Of a stretch of DNA of 64,000 bases, positions 1-19,065 are shown piece after piece. The translations under genes and the position numbers were made by a program. Position 1 is the first letter of the stretch, and every line of letters starts with the position of its first letter. Source of the stretch: the human T2T-CHM13v2.0 reference genome, Homo sapiens; NCBI RefSeq assembly GCF_009914755.1, contig NC_060938.1; one strand, given 5' to 3'. The notes under the pieces are model-generated. The model was not told the origin of the DNA and did not search any database. It saw only the letters and a list, made by a program, of their open reading frames with translations.

Positions 1-279
1 AATATACCTCAAATCCTTCTTGTGGCCAAAACTGGGCAGGCATAGGGTGAGACAATAAGGAATCCAGCAGACAGCAATGGTAAAGGGCTAAAGAGATGGA
101 TAGAAATTTCACCAGCTCCCCGAAGGTAGAAGATGAATTTCAGAGTTCAAGTCCCATCAAGCTAGAGAAGCTTGAAAAACACCTCAAGCCTTCCATCTAA
201 ACAGAGAAGGCCATGCATTAGGAGTAAGAAACAAGTCATAGGATGAACGGATATGCCCTGGGACTAAAATAAAAAATGT

Positions 280-2430
280 AGAAATTAGACCAACACGAAA
301 AATAATCTTAAAATCAAGTCTCTTCATGATCAAGGTCATCCATCAGTAATTTAACTGCCTGATTTTTAAAAAAATGTAATTCTCCTCAGAGGAAAACAAT
401 GAAATCCCAAATCTCTACAATGTATTGATATAATGTCCCAGAAACAATCAAAAATTATTAGACAGGCAAGAAATGGAAAACCCTACAATTACTATGGAAA
501 AAAGTAGGCAGTAGAAAAAGAAGTCAATAGGTAAACACAGAAATAATGCAATCTCTGAAATTAAAAATTTATTGGATTGGTTTAACAGCAGATTGGACAC
601 TAAAAAAGAAAGAACAATTTGAAAACACATCAATACAAGCTATTGCAAACTGAAGTAAAAGAGAAAAAGATTGAAGACATGTTCTGTGGGACAATATCAA
701 GCAATCTAAAATATATGTAGTTGAGTCTGAAAAAAAAACAAAAGAGAGCACACATGTTATTGGACGATATGATAGCTAAAATTTTTCCAGATAGAATGAA
801 AACTAGCAACTCAGTAAACCACAAGAGAGATAAACATAAACAAGCTACAGTAGGAATACCTTTCTTGGTCTTTTGTTCCACATCAAAAAGTGTTCTATTT
901 TCTGCAAATTGATCTACAGATTCAATACAATCACAATGAAAATGACAACAGGCTTTTTTGAGGAAATTGAAAAATTATAAAAGTTTGTGAAAATGCAAAT
1001 TAAAGTAGTTAAAAATAAAATATGAAAAAGTAGAACAAAGTTCTACTATAGTAATTAAGTAAACTATAGTAATTAAGTAAACTATAGTAATTAAGATGGT
1101 GTGGAAATGGAGTAAGGACAGACAAGTAGACCAATAAAACAAAATGAGTTCAGAAACAGGCCCTCACATACAACGTCAACAGCTTTTTTGCAAAGATGCC
1201 ACGCCAACTGAATAGGTAAAGTCTTTTTCAATGAATTTTATTGAAACAACTAGATATCCATATGAGCAAAAATTGAAACATGACCCCTACCTCATACACA
1301 AAAATAATTTGAAGTGGGTCATAGATGTAAATATAAAAGGGAAAATTATAAACCTTCTAGAAGAAAACATAGAAGGAAATCTTTGCAATCATGAGGAAGA
1401 CAAAAATTTCTTATATAAGCCTCATATAGCAATCACCATAAAAGAAAATGTTGATAAATTAGGCATCATCAAAATTACTGTCAACTACTCATTCAAGGAC
1501 ATTCTCAAGAAAATGAAATGGAAACCTACAGCCTGGGAGAAAATACTTTTGATACAGGTATCTGAGAAAGAACTCTTATCCAGAAAATACAAAATATTCC
1601 TACAAAAGAACAAACAACCCAAGTATCAAAATAAGCAAGTAACTTAAACAGACATTTCACACACAGAAAAGAGAAACAACAGCCAATGAGCACAAGAACA
1701 AGATGCTTACAATCATCATGCATCAGGAAACATGAACTGAAAGCACAACGATATACTGCTGCTCAATTACTAGAGTAGTTTTAAAGATTAGCAATACAAC
1801 ATTGTTGATGAGAATCAAGAACTAGTGCTCCTTATAAAATGCTAGCAAGAATGTAAAATGGTATGATCACTTTGGAAAACAGCTTCTTGTAAAGTTAAAT
1901 ATGTATCTATGACCCAGAAATTTCACTTCTAGGTATTTATGCAAGTGAAATGAAAACATATGTTTACAAAAAGACTTGGAGGAAAATGTTCACATCAGAT
2001 TTATTCACAGTAGCCAAAAATTGGAAACAATGCAAATGTCTATTAAGAAGAGAATGGATTAGAAATTGTGCCATATTTACACAAGGAGTACTACTCAGCT
2101 CTAAAATGGAACAAAAAACTTCTGACACATGCAACAATATGACTCAAAAACATTATAAAACAGCCACTAAAGTAGGTATACTGTTTGATTTCATTAATAT
2201 GAAGCTTAAATATAGGGAAAACTAATATTATATGATGATAGGGACCAGAACAATGATTTCTAAAGGGAATGGTGGAGGAAGTGACCGAAAAGATAAAAAG
2301 AACTTTCTGGCAAATGTAATTGTTCTCTATCTTGATAGAGGTATACGTTACACAGGTGTATACAATTGTCAAAATTCATTGAACTGTGCAGTTAAGATCT
2401 GGGCATTTTGCTGCATAAAAATTTTTTAAA
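280..2430 (+). mobile_element. Old L1M (L1MC/MD/ME-like) fragments: ORF1 remnant, ORF2 3' part, 3' UTR
   Basis: A-rich. ORFs 1231-1647 and 1950-2225 resemble the L1 ORF2 C-terminus (KTYVYKKTW..MF...LFTVAKNWKQ). L1M-type 3' UTR at 2300-2430. Confidence 0.85.
1045..1095 (+). repeat. 18-bp tandem repeat (ACTATAGTAATTAAGTAA) x2.8
   Basis: Perfect copies at 1045 and 1063, partial copy at 1081. Confidence 0.95.
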
Positions 2431-3513
2431 ACACACAAAGAGGACAATGGATAACTCCGTCTGACCAGAGAATCAGAAGTTTTAGTAAAACAATGGTACT
2501 TGAGCTTAACCTTAGTTATGAGGATGGTATTACTACATTTCTGTGGTACCTAGGGCAGTTAGAAATCAAAATGAGCTAATTTCTGCAAAAGTACTTCAGA
2601 AAGTATAAATTCCTCTATAAATAAATGATGTTTTCTTTTATTTATAGTATCAACTATAAATTTTTTAATATGACCATCAAAAATTGTTTTCTTTCTCGCC
2701 TTAGCCCAAGCCAGTTTACCCTCTCTAATCCATAAGCTGTCCACTTCATGACTAGATAACTGTGGCAGGCCATACAGCTACATGGTATCCCTGCCTTAAC
2801 TCATTCCAATGTTCAGTCTTGTGATTAGGTGAATGCTAAATTGTCTCCCTGAAACCCTTCCTGTATCCTATCATTCTTCATCCAGATCAACAATCCCAAC
2901 TGTTTATATAATCAAATCTCAAATCCTTTCCGAGGCTAACAAAGCCCTCTGAAATCCAGTCTCACCTTCCCTACCTATACAAACATGTTTCCCATTGTTC
3001 CTAAAGTCTATACTATTACAGTTAGGTCAGTCTCTTCATTATGTTCCGAAAATCTGCTCATTCATGCTGCCCACTATTCACTTGAAATACTTTTCTGACA
3101 TCTCTTTGCCCATCAAAACACTTAAGAATCATCTCAACTCTACATTTTCTATGCCACATTCACTGAATACCACTCAGCCTACATCTCCTCTGGCTGCCAC
3201 CGTATCTGTCTCCAACCATTCACAGGACAAACTTTCCACAGAAGTTGTCTATTCTCACTGACTCCATCTCCTCAGCTCCTGTTCACTCAACTCACTCCTA
3301 TTTAGCTTCTTCCCTACCACTCCACCAAGACAGCCAAGTCACCAATAACCTCTCCCTATCGCCAAGCCCACAGGATGCTTTTCACTCATTTCATAACAAT
3401 TCAGAAGCGTTGGTAACCACTCCCCTCTTAAAAGTCTCTCAATGCTTGGCTTTCACAGAACACCATTCACTTGTTTCTCTGAACATTCCTCTAGTTTTTT
3501 TGCAGGCTCACCA

Positions 3514-3575
3514 TTCTTTACCAATAAGTATACATTAGAGTGCCTTCTTTACCAATAAGTAGACATTAGAGTGCC
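3514..3575 (+). repeat. 31-bp tandem duplication
   Basis: TTCTTTACCAATAAGTA(T/G)ACATTAGAGTGCC x2, one mismatch. Confidence 0.95.
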
Positions 3576-4553
3576 TAAGTCCTCTCCTTTCTTTACTCTT
3601 ATATGCTTATCTATGTCCATAGATTCAGTAACTCATGATTGTATATCTCCAAACCAAACCTCTTCTGTAAACTCTCGATCTTGATATCCAAACTTGACCT
3701 CTTTTCTTAGCTATCTTAAATGTGCTTCAGTATAACATGATCATGACTTTTTACTCCTTCAAATTAGGTACTTTCCCACTGTTTCCTGTCTTAGAGAATG
3801 GGGCCACCATCCATACAATTTTATCAGCCAGTAATCTGGGAGCCATCAATCAACATTTATCCCATTACCCTCGTATCTAATTAATTACCAATCGCATTAC
3901 TTTTATCTCCTAAAACTCTTTCAAATCTCTCTAGTTCTCTTCATCTCCATGATCATCACCCAACTCCAGCCCTCTATCATCTCTCCCCTAGACTACTCAG
4001 GTAACTGTCTGATTTACTCAGAACCTCTGTGGGAGTCCTTCAATGGATTTTTTATACTGAAGCCAAACGAGTTTTTTGTTTGTTTGTTTGTTTGTTTGTT
4101 TTTCAAAAAACTAAAATTGTATCATGTTTCCTCCCTCCTTTAACATCCTTCTTTTGGCTCTCATAAGACCCAAATCCTTTCCATGGCCCACAATGACTTC
4201 AAAGTCTGCCTAGCCTTAGTTCTCATCACTCTGACCCTTGCCCACGATACTCGCCTACAATAGCCTCATTGACTTTTCTTATATTCTTGTAAAAGCCAAG
4301 TTCTCTCCCAGCATAAGGACTTTTTATTTGCCATCATCTCTGCCTAAATACCATTCCTTTCCCTCCTCACCTTGTCACCTTCATTTATTTAGATCTTAAC
4401 TCAATTGACATGACCTCAGGGAATCTTTCCCTGACTGCTGATGAGGTTATATCCCTGTTATATAATTTTTTGACATGATGTACCTCTCCTTCACAGCCAT
4501 TCACAAGTGCAGTTTTACACCTATTTGTGTCATGACTTAATTAATGTATATCT

Positions 4554-4850
<297 letters not shown>

Positions 4851-5149
4851 AATTAATGTTTATCTGCCTATTGGATTATAAGCTCTACAGGGATAGAGCC
4901 CATGTAAGTTTTTGCTCACATTTGATTTCTCATTGCCTAGCACAGTGCCTGACACATAGTAAATGCTAATTTAATGGTTGATTATATGAATAAGCCAATG
5001 AACTAATACATTTTTGCAGGGTTCTCTTTTTATATAATTGGTATTATAAAATTTATTAAATAATGTCTTTCTAAATATTCCATATATGCTAACTTTGTCT
5101 TTTCATATAAATCACATATTCCTCAGGATTATAAATTATATGCCTAGTC

Positions 5150-9080
<3,931 letters not shown>

Positions 9081-9452
9081 CTATCTTTTTAAAAACTTCA
9101 AGTTGGTTTGAAAAAAAAAAAAAAACTCTGAGTTGTTATGTCTGATTGACTATGTGAGCAAATACTTTAGGGTATACTATACCTGGCAAATACTTGAATT
9201 GTCCATATTCTATATTATTGATTAAAATGTAGATATTTTGAAAAATGGTATTGAAGAGAAAGGCAAAGTCTTATTGTATACTATAAACATATTCAATTTT
9301 TACTTGTTGATTTTTTAAAAAATTTTTAAGAAAAGTATTGCAATATAGTAATTATTTATTGGTTGAATGAATTGCTAGTATTCTAGGAAAAAGGACCCCA
9401 CAGGCTTAAAAAAGAAAGACTGTAAACATTAAGGGCCGGCTGATCTAACAAA

Positions 9453-9712
9453 TAGTGTTTTTCAAACTTTTTTTATTAAAGCTCATAGTAAGAAATAATA
9501 TTTACATAGTGACTCAAGTGTATATACATATGTGCAGACATGTATATACACAATACACAATTGAAAAAATTTCTCAGACTACATTTACTCACTACATGAG
9601 AGGTACTCTACAATTTCTAACCTATTTCAATTTTGGCTGCATTAATCAAGACCTGTTAAATCAATTTCATAGCCCAATGAAGGGGTGTACCTTACAATTT
9701 TAAAAGCATGCT
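9453..9712. mobile_element. hAT-Charlie-type MER fossil
   Basis: Ends resemble hAT terminal inverted repeats (AGTGTTTTTCAAACT ... ATTTTAAAAGCATG). Confidence 0.45.
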
Positions 9713-12154
9713 TTAAACAACTCTGCAAAGGCTTTACAAACCTCTCTCTCTCTCTCTCTCTTATAAACAGACTAGTTTTCAAGACATTTGTTAGGATTTG
9801 GATCATTCTAACTATTTCATATGAACTCTGCCATTAAAAACATTACCCTGCCCCCATCATACCATTTTCAACAGCTCTACAATGGGAACGTTCAGACTCC
9901 AGCTCAGCAGGGTCCAGCTATCACTACCCATCTGTTAATATGTTATTTCACTTACACTTGAGTAACTCTGTGTAGTAACAAAATTAATAACAAAAGCAAC
10001 CATTAGTGGACTCCTACTCTATGCTAGGTATTGGGCCTGATGTTGTACATGTTATCCCTAATCAGGAAAACTTCATTTCTTCCTTCACTGATCACTCATC
10101 AGGCAATAAGTCACAGACTCACAAAGCCGCGATTCCCAAGGTCAGAAGTGGCAACTAGAACACATGTTCCTTAAATTCTAATTCTTGGCTGAAATAATTG
10201 CAAATTTAAACTCTTCCTAAGTAGTCTAGGAAATTCTGTCTCTTTTTTTTGCTTTAGATGGAAAAGTAGGAAGACTAGGAAGGAAGGAAAAGTCCTAAAG
10301 CAACTCACTGCAGGGAGAACTAACTCTTCCTGTTAGACTGGAAGCAGAGTTGTTTAGGGAGAAGAACACAGAAGTTAGAATCAAAAGTAGGTAATTAAGA
10401 CTTTGCTTTTCTCTTCAATCCCATTTTTCAAAATATCTACATTTTAACCAATAATATAGAATATGGACAATTCACATATTTGCCAGGTATACCCTAAAGT
10501 ATTTGCTCACATAGTCAATTAGACCTCAGACCTAACAACTCAAAGAGCGTTTTTCAAACCAACTTAAAGTTTTTAAAAATGTAGTCTAGGAAATATGCTC
10601 TCCATTCATCTTTATACTTGAAGTTTAAGTCCAGTAATTGAGACCATCAAAGAGTTAAGTAATTGGACTGTGCTCACCAGACCTTACCTCGAGGCCTTAA
10701 TAATTGCATTTTAACTATATGCACTCTGAGTTTATGGAGGACAAACATGAAAACTGCTTTTACCATTTCTGAACGTTTTATAAAACCGTAGTTGAGTAAA
10801 GCAGACATGGTGCTAAGTCTACTTTATATGAGATGTTATCAAGTGGTAAACATTTCTAACAATCAATATACCACAAGGAGCCCTGACTCAAATATTCTCC
10901 CAGAACTTGGATCCCTTCTCCGTACCACCAAGTAAGTTTCTGCAAAAAAGCTGGTGAGTTCCAATTAGGCTACTGGTTGCCTGATATACAAACTGGTGAC
11001 AGTAATACCCACCATTCTGGATAGTTACGGAGACTAAATAAAGTAAGCAGTCTTTATAAACTATTAAAGCAAAAAGCATTTATAAGCTATTACTATTATG
11101 TACAAGATTAAGTTACTGAGTTGTATATGCAGAGGTATCTTGGTGTGTTTGTGGCGGGGGGGATGTATGTATGTATGTATGTAAGAGAAGAACCTAGAAA
11201 AAATAAACTGTTAAATGTTGACCTGCAAACCAAAACCTATAAAATTGTATTTATCACTAAGAACTAAACTACAGAATAAAATACTTGAGAAAAATGAGAA
11301 GAAGAGAGGGAGACAGATTTTTTAATTAAGGCTAAATTAGATAGAAATTGCTGAATATTAACAATCCAGAGGTTTCTTTTTGAAATTTCTCTATTCATTG
11401 AAACACTCTCTATGTATATGAAATATTCATATAACTGTTGCATTTCCCTGTAGTCATGAAAATTCTTATTACAACAAATGAAAAATATATTATTAATAAA
11501 TATTAAGAACAGAATAGCAAATTAATTAAAATTGCTTCCCAGAAAATTTTAATTTCTTTTAGCTTTAAAACATGTTGAGGAAAAGAAATCTGATTACAGA
11601 GGAATAACTTCCTTGAAAACAAATGAGTTACAAATCTAGAAAGTAAGAGGGTTTAGAAGTTTTGGAAAAGTGATGCCTTTAAAGAAATTGCCCAGAATTT
11701 CAGTGACCATCACCCATTCTTATCAACCAATCTTGACAGGGAAACCAGTTCTGGTTTGTCCTCACAGCTCTTAAAGGACCTTGAGCCATGAATTCTGGAA
11801 AATTGAACTTTCCTTGAGATCCAGATTGTTTCATTCCTTAAAGATGTTTACAAACATTCCATCTCCAAAGGGATCAGACACACAATATGGTCCTGAATGA
11901 GGTGCCTAAGAACCAGGGCATTATCCCCACCAGGAGGCAAGGATTTCAGAAGCTGTAATTTCACAAGTCAGCAGATTCTGGAATGCATCCACAAGGGGCT
12001 AAGACTTGAAAACAACTCATTATATTCATTCAAGACTATGCAGTATCCTATCAGAGGAGAACATAAAATAAAACAAGCACTTTTTCTTCAAGGGTTAGAA
12101 GGTTAAAAACGAATCAAAGACCCTTAATTCCAAATGGTCCCCTAGAGATTATTA

Positions 12155-12660
12155 CCAGTGTTTCTCAATCTTGACTGCACAGTTGAGTGGAGTGAAAGTT
12201 GAGGGAGATTGGAGGGGGCCACCTAGGAGTTATTCATCCCCGTCCCCAAATGCCAAAGATTCTGTTTTAATTGGTCTTGAGTAGAACCCAGGCATCAATA
12301 CTTATTGTTAAGTCTTTCAGGTAGTTTTAATGTGCAGCCAGGGTGGAGAAGCACTAATCTAGAGCAATAATTCCTAAATGCTGGCAGCTGCAATAGAATC
12401 TTGTCACCAGTGTCAAAAATAGAGATTGTTAAATTCTAATGCAGATGCTCTGAACTGACTCCCTCAGAGGTGAATGTAAAAATACAGACATAGAGGTAAG
12501 TCTCATGCTCAGCCAAGTCTGGCACACTTTGATCCAGTGCCTTGCTACTCAAAGTATGGGCCAGCATCACCTGGGAGTTTATTGGCAATGCAGAACCTGG
12601 GACGCACCCCAGACCTTCTGAGTTAGAACCTGCATTTTAACAAGATCCTCAGGTGACCCC
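12155..12660. mobile_element. Cluster of MER5-family (hAT-Charlie) elements
   Basis: CAGTGTTTCTCAATCTTGACTGCAC...GTGCAGCCAGGGTGGAGAAGCAC, then a degenerate copy, then TACTCAAAGT...CTGCATTTTAACAAGATCCTCAGGTGA. Confidence 0.75.
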
Positions 12661-12740
12661 AAAATGTACCCATCTTCTGCTTTTCCTTTCTTTTAGGGAT
12701 GGGAAAACAGACCAGGAAAATTAAAGACTCATCCAATATA

Positions 12741-12788
12741 GGAAAAGAGTATCTAGTAGGGGGAAAAGAGTATCTAGTAGGGGAAAAA
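12741..12788 (+). repeat. 21-bp tandem duplication
   Basis: GGAAAAGAGTATCTAGTAGGG x2.3, perfect. Confidence 0.93.
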
Positions 12789-13214
12789 GACAGGACCAGG
12801 CCTCCCTGTCTAAGACTTTCTATTCTGTCAGACTATATTTCTGAACTGCTAAGTTTTTGTTTTATTTTGTTTTAATATAAGGAGGCACTTCCTCTTTATA
12901 GAGCAATTTATTCAGACAACAGGAAAATAACTACACTTAGGTTAATACTACTACATATTAATTCCTAAAGGAGTTCATACACAAATCATGGGATCAATAA
13001 TCCTGGCTGATAAAAAATTCTGGACAAAGGAAGGTTATATTCAGTCAATAAAGGCAATATAAGAGCATGTGGGATGTTTCCTCCCTTTCTATAGCAATTC
13101 CAGGAGAAAAAAAATGATTTCCTCGAGCTGCTCCAACATGATCGGACTGGTTTTTGTTTTGTTTTTATGAAAATCATATCCTTCTCGGATCCAGAAATCT
13201 CATGTACATTAACA

Positions 13215-13520
13215 AGGGTGGTGGGGAGGGGAAGGAAATGGGAGAAATCAAAGGATACAAGCTGGCAGTTATGTAGGATAAATAAGTCTAGGGATCTAAT
13301 GCACAACATGAGGACTACAGTTACTAATATTGTACTTACTAATATTGTATTGTATGTTGAAAATTTGCTAAGAGAGATTTTAGCTCTTACCACACACATA
13401 CAAAAGGGTAAATATGGAAGATGATGAATAGGTTAATTTGCTGGACTGTATAATCATTTCACTATTTATATGTATATAAAAACAATGTTACAGGCCTTAT
13501 ATATATACAATTTTTAAGAC
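13215..13520 (+). mobile_element. L1MA 3' UTR fragment
   Basis: GGATAAATAAGTCTAGGGATCTAATGCACAACATGAGGACTACAGTTA... resembles the 3' UTR at 8860-9080. Confidence 0.8.
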
Positions 13521-14519
13521 GTGTAGAAAAAAAGGGTGGAACAGCTTTTTAGGGGGTTAAGCCTCTGGCTCCCTCTCCTTTTTACCTTTTTTATGCAAAT
13601 TACCCCCAGAGAGAAATATTTCAGAGGACTAGCAGTTTTTAAGTATTTTAAGTAATAATAATAAGACACACAAATTTTAGAGTACTGAGGAACAAAGAAA
13701 ATGGAGAGGAGTTGAGAAGAAAAAGGACTTCACAAAAAAAAAAAAAAAACTTTCACTAATTTATAGATTTGCCAAGATCCAGGACGGCATGTGAAGAAAG
13801 TCAGCTGCGTTTTCCCTCTGACTGTATTCATGTAGTTCTAACTTTGGAGAAGGACACCACCCAGAAACCACAGCTCTCGCTCTCAAAGCCCTCAAACCCC
13901 GGAACACACAGCTCTTCCAACAGAAACGAAGTGCAGGCAAGACTACAAACCCAGATAAGGGCTATTTCAAGCTGCTCTTCCAGATCACTGGGGCTTCAGT
14001 GAGGAAGAATCAGTGCAGGCAGTCGCAGCTTCAAGTATCGACCCACCCTTCACAGTGCTCCCATTCAAAGAACACACATTCCAAAAATCGATGCCTATGA
14101 AGGAAAATCTGAAGCAAAAGTGACCCATTAAAACCATGTAGCAATCACTAACTTTTTCTAAAAGGAGTTGGCTGCAGAGGCCTTTTCAACAATGCTTATT
14201 GTCAAATATTTATTATAAAGTTAGGTTTAGTTTGGGGTTTGGGTTTTATTCAAAAGTTTACTTAGTTTCTTATCCAAATCAGTTTCTTATCAAAATCTGA
14301 AACTACATGTTTCTAATCCACAAGAATGACCAGACTGTCCAAGCTAATTACCCGGATCTTTTCTGAACTCTGCAAATGGAATGCAGAAATCACATCTGTA
14401 CACACTTATATTGAGCTAAGCTGTCTTTGGCTGCATTATTCTTTTCTTCAAGGGAATGAAAAGGGAGCTAGATGACAGCGATGATGCAGATGGTCTTTAG
14501 AGTTTCATTCCAAGCGTGG

Positions 14520-15315
14520 CCTTCTTCCAGTTTTTCCCATCTCAAGGATATCTTCCCTACCTCCATCTGCACGCAAATGCTTGGGCCAAAACCTTGGGAG
14601 TCATCCTTCACACCTCATCCATGTCATCCAATCCATTACTAGATCCTAATAATGCTACCAACAAAACATATCTGATACATCCATTTCTCCCCATTTCCAC
14701 TACTACCATCCCAGGCCAGACCACCATCATATCTTGCGTCGACTACCGCAAGACCAGACCTAACTGGTCTCCCACTCTTTCTCCTCCTCCCCTCAACCTT
14801 TACGGAAGTAGCTTTTGGGACTATGAGGTTTTTCCACTGCACTAGGAATAAAACACAAAATCTTTCCCCTGAACAGCCAGGCCCCTAACTGTCACTCGCC
14901 CTTATCTCCTGTCTTTCTTCTGGTTTCACCCAAGGCAATCTAGCTGCGCTAGTGTTTAAGCTTCACAAACTTAGCCATTCATTTTCTTTTTCTCCTTAGG
15001 AATGTTCACATGCTTTCTCTTTGCCTGAAATATTCTTCTTCCCACTTATCCTCTTGTTACCTCTCACTGTAGGTATCAATTTAACACTACTTCTTTAGAA
15101 AGGCCTCCCAATTGGAATTAGATCCCAATGCACACGATCATCAAACCCTCCCCTTTTCATCCAAAATGCTTACCACAATTTGTAATTATATATTTGATGT
15201 AGGCTTGGTGAACGCCTGCCTCCCCTACCAGACTCTGAGTTCCATGAGGTCAGGGGCCGTGTCTATTTGTTCATTACTGTACACTCACAAATGTTTTATG
15301 AATATATCAAATAAA
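14520..15315 (+). mobile_element. L2 remnant
   Basis: CCAAAACCTTGGGAGTCATCCTT... and AGACTCTGAGTTCCATGAGGTCAGGGGCCGTGTCTATTTGTTCA (L2 3' region). Confidence 0.7.
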
Positions 15316-15396
15316 AAATTCTGCTTCCTATTTAAAGTCATACAGTCAGTCAATAAATAGTTATAAAGCAATTCTTAGACATTGTTAAGAAGGTAG

Positions 15397-15849
<453 letters not shown>

Positions 15850-18709
15850 TGTATTATTTTTTAAATGTGTCTTCTGGATGAATGATACCTATAGATCTAT
15901 TTAAGTTTCATAGAACAGTAATAGTGGAAAAATCTGAAGCATATATAGCAATTGTATTTGGGTTAAATAAAATCTTGGTACAGATGGCTAAACAAAAGCA
16001 CAATCATGCCCACATCCACAATGTTGATTTGTTGTATGTGCACTGCCCATTTCTATGTCAATGACAGAATGTAAGGCTGGTCTCCTTCATGTTCTTACAA
16101 AATACACCTGTATCCTACAACAATCCTCTAGCAATATAGCAAATGTGCAGACATACTTCGTACCTTCCACAATGACACTAATTATTACCCAATAATATTG
16201 GCAACATTAAGCAGACCATCACTGTAGGAGTTTGAAATATGCAAAAATATCTGTTAATTTATTCAAACTTGTTCAGGTGTCATGAAAGATAAAAATATGC
16301 TTCCACTTTCTATCTCCTTCACGATCAAAGGTACATTTTTTAAGTGTCTGTGTTTCTTTGATGGCATTAACTTCATTTTTTCATCCAGCTACAGTGGTTC
16401 AAAATGCATGAGATACTTTAACATATATTTCTGAAATTCTAGTGGTAGGAATAATAGCAACTTTGCTATTAAAAAAGATTTCTCCACAAAATGTTTAACA
16501 ATTCAATGTTTCTACTTTTAATAGTTGGTGTTTTGTTCATGAAAAAATGAGTTTCTAAAATGTAAACTGGTCAGAATCATTAGAAGCAAAATATAATTGC
16601 AATAATGGCCTATTTGATGCATAACATCATAATACAACAGAAAACTTTCACCCTGATATAATGATAACATTTTACTAAATTATATTGCAATGAAATTTCT
16701 TAAAATACCTGAAGCTATAAGACTTATGCTAGTTACATAATCTTGGGGAATAAAAGCTAAATCAGTCAAGATGTATTTATAAGAGGAAAAAAGTATATAT
16801 TTAATGTTTAAGCATCATTTTAAATCCTACAAATAAAGATTTTTGCAAATGGACTGCATCTTTTCTGAGGAGATTATATATTTTCTTTGAAGTTACCCTT
16901 TAATGGCAATTAAACACTAATGGCAAGATAAATGATGAAAAACTTCAATTAAAAAGCTGGTCCAACCTGCACACATGATAGAAAAACACAAAGAGGCTTT
17001 TCTGAATGCATTCACAATCCAGTTAATTTTCTAAGGCTTTCTCCTGTATGTTTTTAAATTTCTACACTCTATGTAACAGGAGCTAATTGTTCAAGAAAGA
17101 GTTACAGAGCTACAAATTCAATTCATTTCTCCTTTGGCAGGATTTCACTAGGATGGTTATAAGAAGAGGCTGATGTTTCTGCTTTATTCCTCAGTTTGTC
17201 CAAGAATTATCAGGTATTGAAGTAAGCAGAACTGATACTTCTTTTGCTCTAGGCAGTAGGTTTTTGTTTGGGGCGAGGATGGACAGAGGTGTGTTGTTTG
17301 TTTGGGTTTAGTATTCTCTCCAAGGTAAGCCCTTAGTAAATTGAACTCAAATGCTTTTAAGCTCAGATCCACCAGTTTCTGCTGGGAAATTCTCAACTAC
17401 TTAATTTCTTGCTTTCTTCAGGTTAAAAAAAATCTCCCCTACCTTACCTTATCTAGAGTAAGTCCTTACTGAGATGATCCACTACATCTGGGGCTTCACC
17501 AAATCTTCTGAGCAACCCTGTAAGGTAGGTGTCCTAATTCTGGAGAGCCTCAGTGTGTCACCAGGAGTAAGGGCTAGACAGGAGTCTGTGTTGTCAAGAA
17601 CTCAACACCTTTGCTCTTTCCATCCCAGCACTGTGCCTGATAGCACAGTTGAGAGCACTGCTCTGTGAGCCTTGGAAATGCCCTCATAGAGTTCCAGAAA
17701 GATTACCAGTTACCTTGATGATGTTTGCTCTAGTACAGACAGAAGCTGTTTTAGGAACGAGCAAGGGGAATATGTCACACATGTCATTCCTCCCTCTTGG
17801 AGACCTTTAGTTTCTGAGGTCAGTTAATGAGGCAGCTCTTTCCTTCTGACCTGTAGTTCTTTCTTTGGTCCATCACAGTTAGAGACACTGGCTGTATATG
17901 ATGTCAGTTATGAACATGCTTCATGTCTTAAGATGAGTCAGTATAGTAAATGGGCATGAATTAACTTACTCTGCACACAGCACTTACAGGAGACACAAAA
18001 GAAAGCTAAGGACTGATAATCTAGTTGGAAAGTAAGACTAACATTATACTGAATGGAAAGTCAAAGATGACCCTAACACTTCTAGAGTAAAAAACAAAAA
18101 TACTAAAGACACTTTGAATAGAAACGGGAGATACAAAAAAAAAAAAGTCAATCTGAGGCCAAAAGCAAATAAATTCTATTCTGCCTACACTGAGTTTTAG
18201 ATGACTTTTGAGTAGTACAAGAAGAGAAATCCTGTATACCTTTGGAAATACAGACCTGGGGCACAGAGAAGATAAAGTTTAAATTATGGCAGAAGACAAA
18301 CTTTCCCTGAAAAGTAGGATGGAGATGCAAGAAAGAAAGTTGAAGGGAGAACTTGTGGGACTACTCAACTCATTCTTTAGGAAGGAAAAGGAGAGGAGGG
18401 AGGAGGAGAGGAACAAAAAGGGAAGCCAGTAGAAAGGGCAGCAGGGCTTGTAAGCTCATGATAGCTATAAGATGAATGGTGGAGAGGGTAGGGGAATATA
18501 GTTTCAAACCTTGCAAAGTCAGAAAAAATATGGACCAAGAAAAGATCTTAAGATTTACGAGAAGAATGCGCACTCATAATTTTCTAGGAATTTTCAGCAT
18601 TATGGAGGAGGCGGAAATTAGTTGAAAAGAGGTGCAGAAGGAAATGGTGACTAAGAATTAAAAACATCAACTATAGAAAGTGCATTCAAATATTTAAACA
18701 ACTAAATGA

Positions 18710-18915
18710 TAATAATAACTACTGGCATGATATAATGCTTATTTATGTGCCAGGCACCGTTCTCCGTACTTACATGTACTGCCTAACTTAATCCTCACTC
18801 TAACCCCATAAACTAGGTACTATTATTACTTGTATTTTATAGATAAGGAAACTAGGTACAAGTAAGTTAAGTCACCGAGCTAGTAAGTGTCAGAGCCAGG
18901 ACTCTAATACAGGCC
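18710..18915 (-). mobile_element. MIR
   Basis: Reverse MIR core ATTTTATAGATAAGGAAACT...GCTAGTAAGTGTCAGAGCCAGGA. Confidence 0.8.
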
Positions 18916-18959
18916 TCTAGAAACTTATAAATATGCACATGCCCTCCACAGAAAAACAG

Positions 18960-19065
18960 GAGAAACATTGTTTTTGTCACTGTGTTCATTATGAATCCCT
19001 AGTGCTAGATCCCTGCCTAGCACATAGTAGGTACTCAATAAAATGGTGTTGCATTAATGGATAAT
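18960..19065 (+). mobile_element. L2 3' end
   Basis: GCCTAGCACATAGTAGGTACTCAATAAA. Confidence 0.7.
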
